Assembly: GCA_965235115.1 (NCBI GenBank)
Contig: OZ249436.1
Coordinates: 2,978,001 to 3,038,000 of the forward strand
Source: Laetmonice hystrix
Taxonomy: Eukaryota
Reading direction: 5' to 3'
Length of the DNA stretch: 60,000 bases
Both the position numbers and the translations under genes were made by a program. A model generated the notes under the pieces. The model saw nothing but the letters and a program-made list of their open reading frames with translations. It searched no databases and was not told the origin of the DNA. Positions 1 to 11,645 of the stretch are shown here, piece by piece. Each line of letters opens with the position of its first letter. Positions within the stretch are counted from its first letter, which is position 1.

Positions 1-228
1 CTCCGTGTCTGCCACTAGATGTCGCGACGGGCGTAGCCGACTGTTGAGCATTCACACATGGGTTTAGTGACCGTACACTGGGGCCGTCGTCGCGGGCTGC
101 TCAGTGTGACAGGGGGGCGCGAGGAGTACAGGCAGGTTATATAGGAGTTTGCATGTCGTGGTCAACGGGGCGGTGCACATTGTGATGATTTGAAATCGGA
201 ACTTCGCTCAAAGTTTTTCAACCCCAAC

Positions 229-661
229 ATGTCTTCCAAACCGCACAAGGAAGACAAGAATGCTGTAGCGCAAGTTGTTCCGAGATGTTTAGTGATCGCT
301 TTGAAGACGAAGAAAGACCGCGGAAAGTCGGATGCTTGTGTTGGGAGGAGCGGGGACGGCCCCGGGGAGGGTCCCGGCGGTGAGGCCGGGCTACGGTTAC
401 CGGACAGCGGCCCCGTCCCCATCCCCGACCCGCCAAGCCCGCCATCAGGGAAGGCCCTGTTTGAAAACTTCCTGACAGAGAACAAGGATTGCTATTGGAA
501 CCCACACTTGGAGGAGAGTATAAAGAATCTGAAGTTTATAGGTATGATTCACCCCAACACTCTGATGGTCTGCGGTCGGGATATTTACCTGGATACGGTC
601 CGTAACGCCTGGGCTCGCCGAGTGCTGCAGGCTCCCGCTGGTTTCACCATTCACCGCGTCG
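229..661 (+). CDS. STOX1/2: Storkhead-box protein, coding exon 1 (N-terminal conserved region)
   Basis: ATG at 229 (the ORF track starts at a TTG at 190). The translation ALFENFLTENKDCYWNPHL...LDTVRNAWARRVLQAPAGFTIHRVG resembles the human STOX1 N-terminus as I recall it (AVFRAFRRANARCFWN...[22 protein letters not shown]). The exon ends at G|GTAAGT (661/662), a perfect donor, phase 1. Confidence 0.93.
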
Positions 662-2656
662 GTAAGTTCCCCATTCACAGACTCTGGCTGGTCCCCCCGG
701 GACCGGCGGCCCTCGTCCCCCGTACACACAGGGGGAGTTGTCGGGACTTAGGTTTAGTAGGTCAGTCTTATTATGTGTGCCCGCATCTTATCGTTGATTT
801 AGGTGGCTGTGATTGTGTTAGTGTGTTACATACATTGGTTGAGATAGGAAGACAGCTAGGGGAGTAGGGCATACAACATTAGGCTTGTTGGCAGGGCTAG
901 TAGTAGGGCTACACTTTGTAACTTGACTCACTGGAAAAGGACCATATCCGGCATATGAAAATGACCAAACTAAACCCAAAAATGCTGGGGTTCTGTACCT
1001 TGTCGCCTGGCCTAATTAAAATGGATTCAGTGAGCAATGTCATAATGTTGTCATTGGTTTCTGGCCTGTTGTTACTACTTCAGTACTTGTTTGTACTGAC
1101 TCCCTCTCACTACTGCATGGCGACTTGGTGGGGACAAAGTTCACCACAGTCCTCCAAGTCCTCCACTGCTCCACTGTATACTAGTCCGGTGGCACAGGAG
1201 TAGAACCTTGCAATCTCTGGTTACAATCGTTTCTTTGCATTTTCCAGTAATTTAGACCATGTAGTTCAAGAATCCGTCGGGTGTAATGATTACCCCCGCT
1301 TGGCATTTTCAAAATTCAAGATGGCGGCCAAAATGGCCGCCAAATCACGTTTTTAGCTATAACTTTTGAACCATTCAACATAGAGTCCTGATTTTGGTGT
1401 CTATCATGGGGTTTTGGGTGTCGGGGAATCCATTTACAATGTGAAAATATAATTTATTGGCTCTTATGCATACTATTGGGGCCTACATTCAAGATGGCGG
1501 CCAAAATGGCCGCCAAATCACGCTTTGAGCTATAACTTTTGAACCATACAACATAGAGTCCTGATTCTGATATCTAACATAGGGTTTTGGGTGTCGGGGA
1601 ATTCATTTATGGTGGTAAAATAATAATTTGATGACTCTTATGCATGCTAATGGGGGGGGCTACATTCAAGATGGCGGCCAAGATGGCCGTCAGATCGCGT
1701 TTTGAGCTATAACTTTTGAATCATACAACATAGAGTCCTGATTCTGGAGTATAACATGGGGTTTTGGGTGTCGGGGAATCCATTTATGGTGGTAAAATAA
1801 TAATTTGATGACTCCTGTGCCTGCTAATGGGGGCCTACATTCAAGATGGCGGCCAAGATGGCGGCCAAATCACGTTTTTAGCTATAACTTTGGAACCATA
1901 CAACATAGAGTCCTGATTCTGGTGTCTAACATGGGGTTTTGGGTGTCTGGGAATTCATTTATGGTGGTAAAATAATAATTTGATGACTCTTATGCATGCT
2001 AATGGGGGGGGGGGGGCTACATTCAAGATGGCGGCCAAGATGGCGGCCAAATCACGTTTTGACCTATACTTTTGAACCATATAACATAGAATCCCGATTT
2101 TGGTGTCTAACAAGGGATTTTGGGTGTCGTGGAATTCATTTATGGTGTTAAAATAATAATTTGATGACTCCTATGCATGCTAATGGGGCCTATACATTTA
2201 AGATAGCGGCCAAATAACGTTTTGAGCTATAACTTTTGAACGATACAACATAGAATCCCGATTTTGGTGTCTAACATGGATGGTTGAGTAATCAAGTAAT
2301 CATTCCATCAGCCCCTATGATCCAACTGAAAGATGACAGCTAATTAAGGACCATTTACCAAGCAAAATTAGGATTATTCAGCAAAACTTTATTTTCTTTG
2401 ATCATTAAGACCATGCGAAACACGTAAATTGAATAAGGTAGGAAATACGAACAGTAACAGGATGTAACTAGACCAGATGATTGTCGGCAATTATTTATCC
2501 CATCTCCCACTATTATAGAAAAAAAAGCCTAATCGACCTTTAGTCTGTCCCATATTTACTAATCTATTAGATTCATTGAATATGAATGAAATATTACTGA
2601 ATAGGTTTCATCTGAGATGGAGTTTAGTGTCCAAAAAAATCAAAAATTGAATTTTT

Positions 2657-2728
2657 GCCTTTGGTGGAATTCGGACCCATGGTCTCCAGCCTTTAGGTGG
2701 GGCATGCTACCCACTCAGCTGTCGAGAC
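2657..2728 (-). other. tRNA-derived (SINE-head-like) sequence in the foldback spacer; not a functional tRNA
   Basis: Minus strand reads GACAGCTGAGTGGGTAGCATG...CCATGGGTCCGAATTCCACC, with an A-box-like AGCTGAGTGG and a B-box-like GGTCCGAATTCC at tRNA spacing. The acceptor stem pairs poorly. Confidence 0.5.
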
Positions 2729-3152
2729 TCACGGATAGGGTCGTGCTAAGGTTGTATTTCAAAAAGGGTGATGATGTCATGACACAAAAGGGTGACGTCA
2801 CAGGAGAAAATGTTCATAAAGTTGGCTCACCGGCCCACCCTTTTAAGCACACAACGTTTTATTTGTTGGGGGCAAAAACAATCATTTTCTGACACTAAAC
2901 TTCGTCTCAGTAGGCCTCGGCAGGGAAGACGTTATGTTTTTCACGTTTCTCATATTCTCTCCCTCTCTCTCTCGCCCCCTCTCCTCTTCCTCCTCTCCCC
3001 CTCTCTCTCAATGGTCATTTCTCGTCAGTTTTAAAGCTATCTCGAATGAAATTTGCACTGAAGTTGTACTATAGTCTGACCAACACTCCATATCAAGCAA
3101 TACGTCATGTAAGGGTTTTAAAACATACTAAAGACGTCCAAGTGGGTATTAA

Positions 3153-3682
3153 AGGGGCATGCTATGAAACACGTTTTTGAGGATTTCCGGCAATTATCCA
3201 ACATGACTGTGTACTAGGGATCTAAGTAAATAATCCTACCACAGCATTTTGTCCTCCAACGTGTTTTCGCTGCGTATGCAGCACAAGTAGATTCTATACG
3301 ACCAAACCTATATATTTCTCCCGATAGCACATCTCCCGCCATAATTTGCCATAGACAACCTCCCATCAACCCATGTAATTGCATACTGTGTCACATCCTG
3401 CGTGTGCACTCTCTGCGTGTGCTTAGTCACGTGTTTCGCTTAGTTGTAAACAATTCAGCAGTTGCACTCGATCGTCCGGCATCAGAATGCCACCCAAAAA
3501 ATATTTTACGAAATCGGCAGAAAAACGGGCAAGGGAGCTTCATAAACTTCGATTTCTCACACAAAATGAAACTGATAAGTCTGTCTTTGTTTACCAAGCA
3601 ATATTAATGAAGGATCTCTTTATGAAAACAGCAAAAGTTCATTGAAATACCGATTTTTCACGTTTCCTCATAATATGCCCCT
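3153..3682 (+). mobile_element. Kolobok-like MITE, copy 1 (nested in the foldback element)
   Basis: TTAA|AGGGGCAT...ATGCCCCT|TTAA. TTAA TSDs at 3149-3152 and 3683-3686. AGG termini favour Kolobok over piggyBac (CCC termini). A closely similar copy lies at 11646-12173. Confidence 0.85.
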
Positions 3683-5703
3683 TTAATATTTTCATGGAAC
3701 CCATTCAGTAATATTTCATTCATATTCAACGAATCTAATAGATTGGTGTATGTCTATCTAAATTAAACTTGTAGGTCTAGCGCTTAATGGGACAGAATAA
3801 AGGTCGATTAAGAAACTTTAACTTCTTATCTATTATACAATGTAGTTGGAAATGGGATAAATCATCCGGTCTAGCTACATACTGTTACTGCTTGTATTTT
3901 TTACCTTATTTAATTTACGTGTATCGCAAGGTCTTGATGCTCAAAGAAATATTAAATTTTGCTGAATATTCCTAATTTTGCTTGATAAATGGTCCTTAAT
4001 TAGCTGTCATGGATTCCCCCGGCACTCAACCGCCCATGTTAGACACCAAAGTCAGGACTTTAAAGTTCAATGGTTCAAAAGTTATAGCTAAAAAACGCGA
4101 TTTGGCTGCCATCTTGGCGGCCATCTTGAATGTAGGCCCCCCCCAGTAACATGCATAGGACTCATTAAATTATTATTTTAACACCATAAATGGATTCCCC
4201 GACACCCAAAACCCCATGTTAGACACCAAAATCAGGACTCTATGTTGTATGGTTCCAAAGTTATAGCTAAAAACGTGATTTGGCCGCCATCTTGGCCGCC
4301 ATCTTGAATGTAGGCCCCCATTAGCAGGCATAGGAGTCATCAAATTATTATTTTACCACCACAAATGAATTCCCCGACACCCAAAACCCCATGTTAGACA
4401 CCAAAATCAGGACTCTATGTTGTATGGTTCCAAAGTTATAGCTAAAAACGTGATTTGGCCGCCATCTTGGCCGCCATCTTGAATGTAGGCCCCCATTAGC
4501 AGGCATAGGAGTCATCAAATTATTATTTTACCACCATAAATGAATTCCCCGACAACCAAAACCCCATGTTAGACACCAAAATCAGGACTCTATGTTGTAT
4601 GGTTCAAAAGTTATAGCTAAAAACGTGATTTGGCGGCCATTTTGGACGCCATCTTGAATTTTGAACATGCCAAGCGGGGGTAATCATTACACCCGACGGA
4701 TTCTTGAACTACATGGTCTAAAGTACTGAAAAATGCAAAGAAACGATTGTAACCAGAGATTGCAAGGTTTTGATTAAAAATGGGCTTCTGCCACCGGACT
4801 ATACGTCTACAGCTCTGTTACAACAATATTGTCTCGTCTGGCACTCATAACTTTAGAACATAGAAGTGCAATAATAACGGTGAATAATGGGATGAAAAAG
4901 TGGGTGTGCTATGTCAGAAAAACTTTTCAAATCTATGAAGCATCCTCCAAACTTCTTTAGTTTAGAGTAGGCTGCTCAAGAATATAAAAGTTTTAACAGC
5001 ACTTAATAAAACTCAGAAAGTACTTGAGTTGTGTATAACTAATCTGTTTATTTTGCTAATGAGGGTAAGAAGGTTGTGAGAGGTACCAATACATGATAAT
5101 GTGTTGAAGTATGAGGGAGCAGGACGTGCCTTGTTTTTTGGCCCACCTGCATGGCCCATTCTCTGATGCTGTAGTTGGTCATTGGCCGTGACTTGGTGGA
5201 CAGACACGACATTCATAGCGAACTCCCTGCATCCCCCAACAATAGACAGACTGTTCACAATGGACGCTCACCCTCCACGCCACTCTGCCGCTATTTAAGG
5301 AGATAGTTAAAGCCAGGCTATCATATTTCAACAGTTTCTTAAAGTTTCTTAAAGTTCTCATTCTTGAGGAATGACAAATATGACGAGGACGAATGGTTGG
5401 TTCATCTAGCCGTGCGTTAACAGCTCTAGGTGAGAGCACAGATTGCAGGTTTAACTGCTGAGAAAGCTTACTTAGTCTGGAAAATTATACCAATAACAAC
5501 CTTTGGTTGAAAAGGTCATTTTGGTATCCCATATTCTTCTTAAAGTTGACTTGCCTATGTGACGGCCAATGATGAATTCATTCTCAGAATTCTAGGCCAC
5601 TATTGAACTTCTGCTCATAAACATTAGGATACCCTGAAAATGTGTTTATGGTTCATTGAACATTTGAAATAAGAGTTTACACAGGTCACCATCACAAAGA
5701 ATG

Positions 5704-5717
5704 GTTACCATGGTAAC
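5704..5717. promoter_or_regulatory. Perfect palindromic RFX X-box motif (GTTACCATGGTAAC) in intron 1
   Basis: Exact 14-bp match to the X-box consensus GTTNCCATGGNAAC. Function is not shown by sequence alone. Confidence 0.4.
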
Positions 5718-6146
5718 GGTTTCTTTGGTCGGACACCTGGAGTGGGGGTCTAGAGAAGTTTGACACTGGCCAGTTTACCTGAACAGGTATCTATTCTAGG
5801 ACCTTGTCCTCTCAAGGTACATGTCAGCTTAAAGTATTTGCTGTCAGTGTGGGCCATCCCCACCGTTCATCTCTGTAAACTTTGGGACTGTGTGAACCTG
5901 TCTAACCTGTGAATGTCATGGTCAGTGGGTAAGTGATTTAGAACTGTTCTTTTTAAGTTAGCGTTCCTTTAAAGAGGCTTTTAATTGGCAGGTGCGGTGC
6001 AATTTATCAAAGGTTGCTTGCTCTACAGTTTCATCAGGCGAGCGAACAGAGACGTAGGACATTACGGGCCTTAGATTAGCGGGAAATGGAATATTGTGTG
6101 TGTTTACAGTCATTGTAAACGGTCGGGTTGTTAACTTGTATAGGAC

Positions 6147-6182
6147 CAACGAGTATAGAATTTATTTATTCTATACTCGTTG
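6147..6182. mobile_element. 36-bp P-element-like remnant (excision footprint or minimal MITE)
   Basis: ATAGGAC|CAACGAGTATAGAAT-TTATTT-ATTCTATACTCGTTG|ATAGGAC: perfect 15-bp inverted arms with CA...TG ends between 7-bp direct repeats (6140-6146, 6183-6189). Confidence 0.75.
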
Positions 6183-7483
6183 ATAGGACCGAGCGGCCTC
6201 AGCAAACCTTCCGCCAGGACCCAGGTAGACCTGGCCGGTGAAGGTGGCAAGGTGCACGGTCATCACTGAGCAAACAATGGTGGCCGGGAGACTTTGTGTA
6301 ATTAGTGCTGTCACAGCCCAGACATTGTATGTGATTGTTCCATTCAGCCGTGTCTGTGGATTCTGGTCTACTCAAGGATTTCCGAAATCAGTGTTGTTCC
6401 TAATACATAGCCATTCCACACTCACTTGTTGAGTCAGACTTTCTCACCGATGTTAGAAAACCAAAGTCCCTCACACCTGGTCGTACTTTTGTTAATATTT
6501 TGCAGAGACGCGTTGCTGCATGCATGTTTTGAAAACACATATAAAAACATTCTGACTTCTGTGACAAGAGAAATTCGTATTTTAGATAATGTATTGGACT
6601 TTGTCGCTTTGGGGTTAAAGTACAGCTATGATAACTGTCACACATGCGATTATAATTGGCCAAACTACGGATGGTTGTAGAACCAAATGTACAACAGATG
6701 GTAGGCCGCTTCAAGTGTAAGGAACCGTTAGTGTAATTGGGGTAGGAATGATTAGGGTGGAGAAGAGGGGTGACAGGGGTCGGGCAAATCTCAGGTAGCA
6801 TTCTGTTTACTTGGAGATGTCACCTACCCAAGGAACACAAGCTACTGAGTAGGGGATCCTGTACCAGTCCCGGGCTGGTTGTTTGGTTGTTTGGAGGGCG
6901 GTAGACTGACAGTCAATTAACCATACCCCAGCACATGTTCTTTATTCACTAATCTGATGACGATCTTATCGAAATCAGTGGAGCGTAACCTGATGTAAAC
7001 CTGATGTCAGTATGGCGTGACGGTCGAGGTGACATCCTGTCTTCACCCCCATAATCTGCAATCAGTTTATTGTGAAACGTTATCTGTGTTTATTACAAAA
7101 TCTGTCTTGGATGGGAAGGTCAATTACTTGGAGGAAGTATTTCATCTCTGATGTCAACCTTCCCGCTAGAATTCCTTGTCCTGGACGCCATTATTATAGA
7201 TGGAAGCTCACAATCTAGGTCATTGCCATAGTATGTGTGTGCTATTTACAGCCGGTTTTTGTGGACAAAACATTGGAAAAAGTCTGAGAGAATGGCCTTT
7301 GTTACGGCATTGTTTCTGCCTTCAAGCCAGTTCTGCTGCAGGCCTCGGCCAGGAGAGGGAGCCACAGACTGAAGGTCATTAATCAAGGTCACAGATTATT
7401 GTGATAAACTCGTTAACAAGGTTTGCGTGATGAAACCCGTGGTGCCATGTGTGGACGTCTGCCAAATGCCATCACATCATGAC

Positions 7484-8098
7484 AGGAGGCTTTAGGTGTA
7501 GTCCTTCCTCAACTGTATGAGAAACGGTGCTCAAGGCGGAGGGAGGTTTTAGATAGGTGTAGTCCTTCCTCAACTGTGTGAGAAACGGTGAGGTGGAGGG
7601 AGGTTTTAGATATAGGTGTAGTCCTTCCTCAACTGTGTGAGAAACGGTGCTCAAGGCGGAGGGAGGTTTTAGAGATAGGTGTAGTCCTTCCTCAACTGTG
7701 TGAGAAACGGTGCTCAAGGCGGAGGGAGGTTTTAGAGATAGGTGTAGTCCTTCCTCAACTGTGTGAGAAACGGTGCTCAAGGCGGAGGGAGGTTTTAGAG
7801 ATAGGTGTAGTCCTTCCTCAACTGTGTGAGAAACGGTGCTCAAGGCGGAGGGAAGTTTTAGAGATAGGTGTAGTCCTTCCTCAACTGTATGAGAAACGGT
7901 GCTCAAGGCGGAGGGAGGTTATACCTGTGTAGTCCTTCCTCAACTGTAGTCTGTATGAGAAACGGTGAGGCGGAGAGAGCTTTTAGAGATAGGTGTAGTC
8001 CTTCCTCAACTGTATGAGAAACGGTGCTCAAGGCGGAAGGAGGTTTTAGAGATAGGTGTAGTCCTTCCTCAACTGTATGAGAAACGGTGAGGTGGAGG
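7484..8098. repeat. Minisatellite, 63-bp unit, ~10 copies
   Basis: Unit AGGTGTAGTCCTTCCTCAACTGTGTGAGAAACGGTGCTCAAGGCGGAGGGAGGTTTTAGAGAT; gives a 21-aa periodicity in the ORF track. Confidence 0.95.
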
Positions 8099-9052
8099 CA
8101 CCCTGAAATATACAAAAGCTATTTCCCAGCCCAACGTGGGAACTGGAAACGTGTGTAGGCACAAACCTTGCAAACCGCAGTGATTGATAATTGATGCCGG
8201 ACATTGAAAACATGCTGTGGTCAGCCTATACACTAACAGGCCATATATAATTGCTTCATTTTATTAAATAAAAACGCACATGTTGCACCCCTCCCTGCCC
8301 TGACCAACTTGTAACTGTATAGACCACATCAGAGGCCTAGGTGGTCACTGGCGAGTGGTCAAAGAACAGGACGATGCCCTGACGGCCCGGGGGGGGGGGG
8401 GTCAGTCAATTTATCTAGGCGGGCACTTGGCGGAGCCTGCACGGCCTGGTCCTGTGATGAGGACTTCAGTCATGCTGGACCAATCAGCCGGGGCCAATCA
8501 AAGGTGGTTCAATTAACGAGCTAGTGCTGACCAGTGGGCGGTCTTGAAGTTGAAAGGTCACTTATTATAATTGCCCCATTGATATGGACGATTAATAATA
8601 AACGTTGACTTGAGGTAGGGAGGACCATAGCAGGCCACACAAAGGATGTTCGTGGATCCTGACAGTCATAATTACTTCATTAGAATGCTGCACAGAAGTA
8701 ATCGTTCAAAGGGAATTGAATAAGTAGCCTTTTCATGTCAAATTTAACACGTATGTTCGAAGTAGTTGGCCGAAACAAATCGAGTTTAGTTAAAATGCTC
8801 CTGACTGTTCGCCTTTGGAGACTACTACGAACGCTTCCAGAGAGAAAGTCGCGAACGGTCTCCGCCGGAATTGCCTCTTTAATAGACGCCGAGAAGAGCT
8901 AGACTCGGGGGGAATTCGTTGGTTTCGTACTATCTTGGACGATTTATAGTCCAAGGTTACATCCTACATTAACAGTTGTTTAGGCTCACACATGATGAAG
9001 AGTAAATCGTTGTCAGAATGGTGGAAGATTATATGTTAAGATGTTTGAATGT

Positions 9053-9264
9053 ACCAGCCCCTACTGCCACCCAGCACGGCTCAGGGTTACCTGAGGGATG
9101 TCTGAACCAGGCCCTACTGCCATCCAGCACGGCTCAAGGTTACCTGAGGGATGTCTGAACCAGCCCCTACTGCCATCCAGCACGGCTCAGGGTTACCTGA
9201 GGGATGTCTGAACCAGGCCCTACTGCCATCCACCACGGCTCAGGGTTACCTGAGGGATGTCTGA
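9053..9264. repeat. Minisatellite, ~53-bp unit, 4 copies
   Basis: Repeated CCTACTGCCATCCAGCACGGCTCAGGGTTACCTGAGGGATGTCTGAACCAG. Confidence 0.92.
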
Positions 9265-9762
9265 GTACAAGTACCTGTCAGACACAGGTATGCCGACCAT
9301 GTTGTTACCGACTCTCCACACCGTCTCCAGTCGGTGAGGGCCAGTGACAGCAACATATCCCATCCATCAGGTATCCTGGCCCTCACACGGAGCAGCTGTC
9401 TCGGTGGAGTGAGACTTGGTCACTGGAGGACTCCAGGGCGGCGGCGGGGGCTGTCGGTCCATCCATCCATTCAGAGAGTCGGCCAGACTCCCGCGTCATT
9501 TATCAACCCGCTGTCGCCATAACCCTCTAACACTGTACAAACATCTCATGTCTGAACGTTCCGGGAAATACACCGTCAGACATGGGGGGGGGGGGGTAAA
9601 CAAATGTGTGAATAATTTTACAAGAAGATTTTCGTCGGCTAGTAAAACAGTATACTTTCAATTTTGGATTAGAAATGTCATTATTGTAAGGTCATGTTTG
9701 AAGAGATGTCCATTGTAGGTCTAAAAAATGAATTAAATTCGTACCATAGATATAACTTTGCA

Positions 9763-10046
9763 GTATTTGTATACTATTGTAAGTACAATGCGGTGATAAT
9801 GTAACCTTGGAGTATATATACTATTGTAAGTATATACAATATGGTGATAATGTAACCTTTGTAGTATGTATACTATTGTAAGCACAATACGGTGATAATG
9901 TAACCTTGAAGTATGTATACGATTGTAAGTATACAATATGGTGATAATGTAACCTTGGAGTATGTATACGATTGTAAGTATACAATATGGTGATAATGTA
10001 ACCTTGAAGTATGTATACTATTGTAAGTACAATACGGTGATAATGT
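9763..10046. repeat. AT-rich minisatellite, ~49-bp unit, ~6 copies
   Basis: Repeated TATACTATTGTAAGTACAATAYGGTGATAATGTAACCTTG. Confidence 0.92.
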
Positions 10047-11645
10047 TTCACGTAAAGGATGCAGAAAGTCAACAGTTCTCCTGTGGAAACGTTTCCGAGT
10101 CGACTGATGTGGTTTATATTTCCGGAGGTCGGCTCCCAGAATGCTCCTTGGCCTCTGGTCAAGCACTGCCCCGGAAAGGGTCAAGCCTCGGTGACCTTTA
10201 GAAGATGAAGGTTACCATAGTGACCATCGACCCCAACCAGGGAGCAGACCACCGACTGTGATAAGTAAGAAGCTGTTAACATTGCGGCGTAAGGGCCAAT
10301 CATATCGAGTATCGCGGAATTCATGACGAGGGTTCAGGTTAAAATAGAACTGAATGACCTTGAGCGTTCAAAGTTTGACCTCCGTGATGTTTTAAAGGGG
10401 GAGCTGGAGTATAAATAGGGCGGAACAGCCTTTGAACCAGTAGGGTGCTAATGATGTCAACCAGGAAAGAGCTCCGCCTGAATTTACTGAAATATCGCAG
10501 ATATAAGTGGAACAAAGAAGGTTCTTTCGAAAATTTTATGTCACATTTGTTCATGAACATCTTAAGAAACGTCTGTATTAATATGAAAAAAAATGGCCAG
10601 CTAAAAAAGGTACTACCAGAGATTTTTCCATCGCTTTCGTCAGTTAGATTCAAATGTTGTCGCTGTTCCCCCTGCGGCTTTACACCCCCTGGTTATAGCT
10701 ACCATTACGGCCCACCCTCCACCCGGTGACCGCTGGACTTGCTGCAAGGAGGCCCTGATGGGAGATTACCACCCAGGTTACTTGGGGAACTCGGGCACAG
10801 TCACTGAGTATGCATCACATAAAGGATGCAAATGCGTATTGTACTTCAGTTGTGACAAATGTGTTTTCTCCCAACCCGAAACATACAGACGCATTTGTGT
10901 ATGTGTAGGCAGGGCTACCACAACATACAGTCTTGTCCCCACACAGGGCCCCCCTTATGCTCGACAGTGGTGACCGTGCGGGCGGGCTCCTGCCAGTGAC
11001 TACCGCACACTTGATGGTTATCTAATAGGTCTCATAGGAGACCCAGCAGGGCTCCAGTTGTTAGGGTCCTAACAAAAGTTACCCCTTTAATGAGTTGTCG
11101 CATATTGACTATCGCAGTAAGTAGTGGGCCAAACTTCAGATGGAACCTGCCATTGTTAGTACGGTATTAATGGGTAAAACCCCAGGGGTCCGTGGCTGTG
11201 AGAGGGGTATTTTTTAATGAAGGAGTGCGGGGTCGCACGGGGTCGCACGAGGCATGGTCTCTAGTTAAAGTGACAACCTTATCCACAGCCTTATCAAGTG
11301 TCCGCCCCAAGCTGCGGTTCTGATGAAGGTCGGAGGTGATGTTCAGGTTGGAGCAGTTCGAGTATATCCAGGTTTGAGTGTCCTATGAAGGAATGTGGGG
11401 GTATTAAAGTAGTGATGCACTATGGTACGGTTAGGTGCTCAGCTGTATGAGAGATTGCAATCAGGTAGACGTGTGTAGTACGTGATCTCAGCCCCGAGAC
11501 CTACTGTGTTACGTTAGGGTACCAAGGTGTGAAATCCACGGGTACAAATCCATCGGTCGTGAACTCAAGGTACCTGGCCGAGTCTCTCCCTCATTGTGAG
11601 CTGTGTGTTGGCAGTTTGTGGCACCAATCCCACAGACGGTGTTAA

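Larger units (their letters stand above)
1182..4801. mobile_element. Non-autonomous foldback DNA transposon, Academ-like, with internally repeated inverted arms
   Basis: Termini TAGTCCGGTGGCA (1182) and TGCCACCGGACTA (4801), flanked by TAC on both sides (1179-1181, 4802-4804). Inverted arms about 1182-2611 and 3694-4801 contain about 6 and 4 copies of a ~178-bp unit with TTCAAGATGGCGGCCAARATGGC. TAG...CTA ends and a 3-bp TSD fit Academ. No transposase ORF. Confidence 0.85.

Noticed and set aside
190..867. 225-aa single-exon ORF as the complete protein
   Set aside because: It starts at TTG and reads through the perfect donor at 662. STOX similarity stops at residue VG and resumes in exon 2, so the tail is intronic.
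2333..4010. Inner inverted repeat as a separate nested transposon
   Set aside because: No TSD at its boundaries; read as a continuation of the outer foldback arms after a small indel.
6945..6985. Hammerhead-ribozyme-like core CTGATGA...GAAA
   Set aside because: Stem II does not close correctly, and there is no NUH cleavage triplet with a paired stem I; it looks like a simple hairpin.
8470..8570. Paired CCAAT boxes and TTATAA (similar CCAAT clusters at 52660-52770)
   Set aside because: Short motifs expected by chance, with no associated exon evidence.
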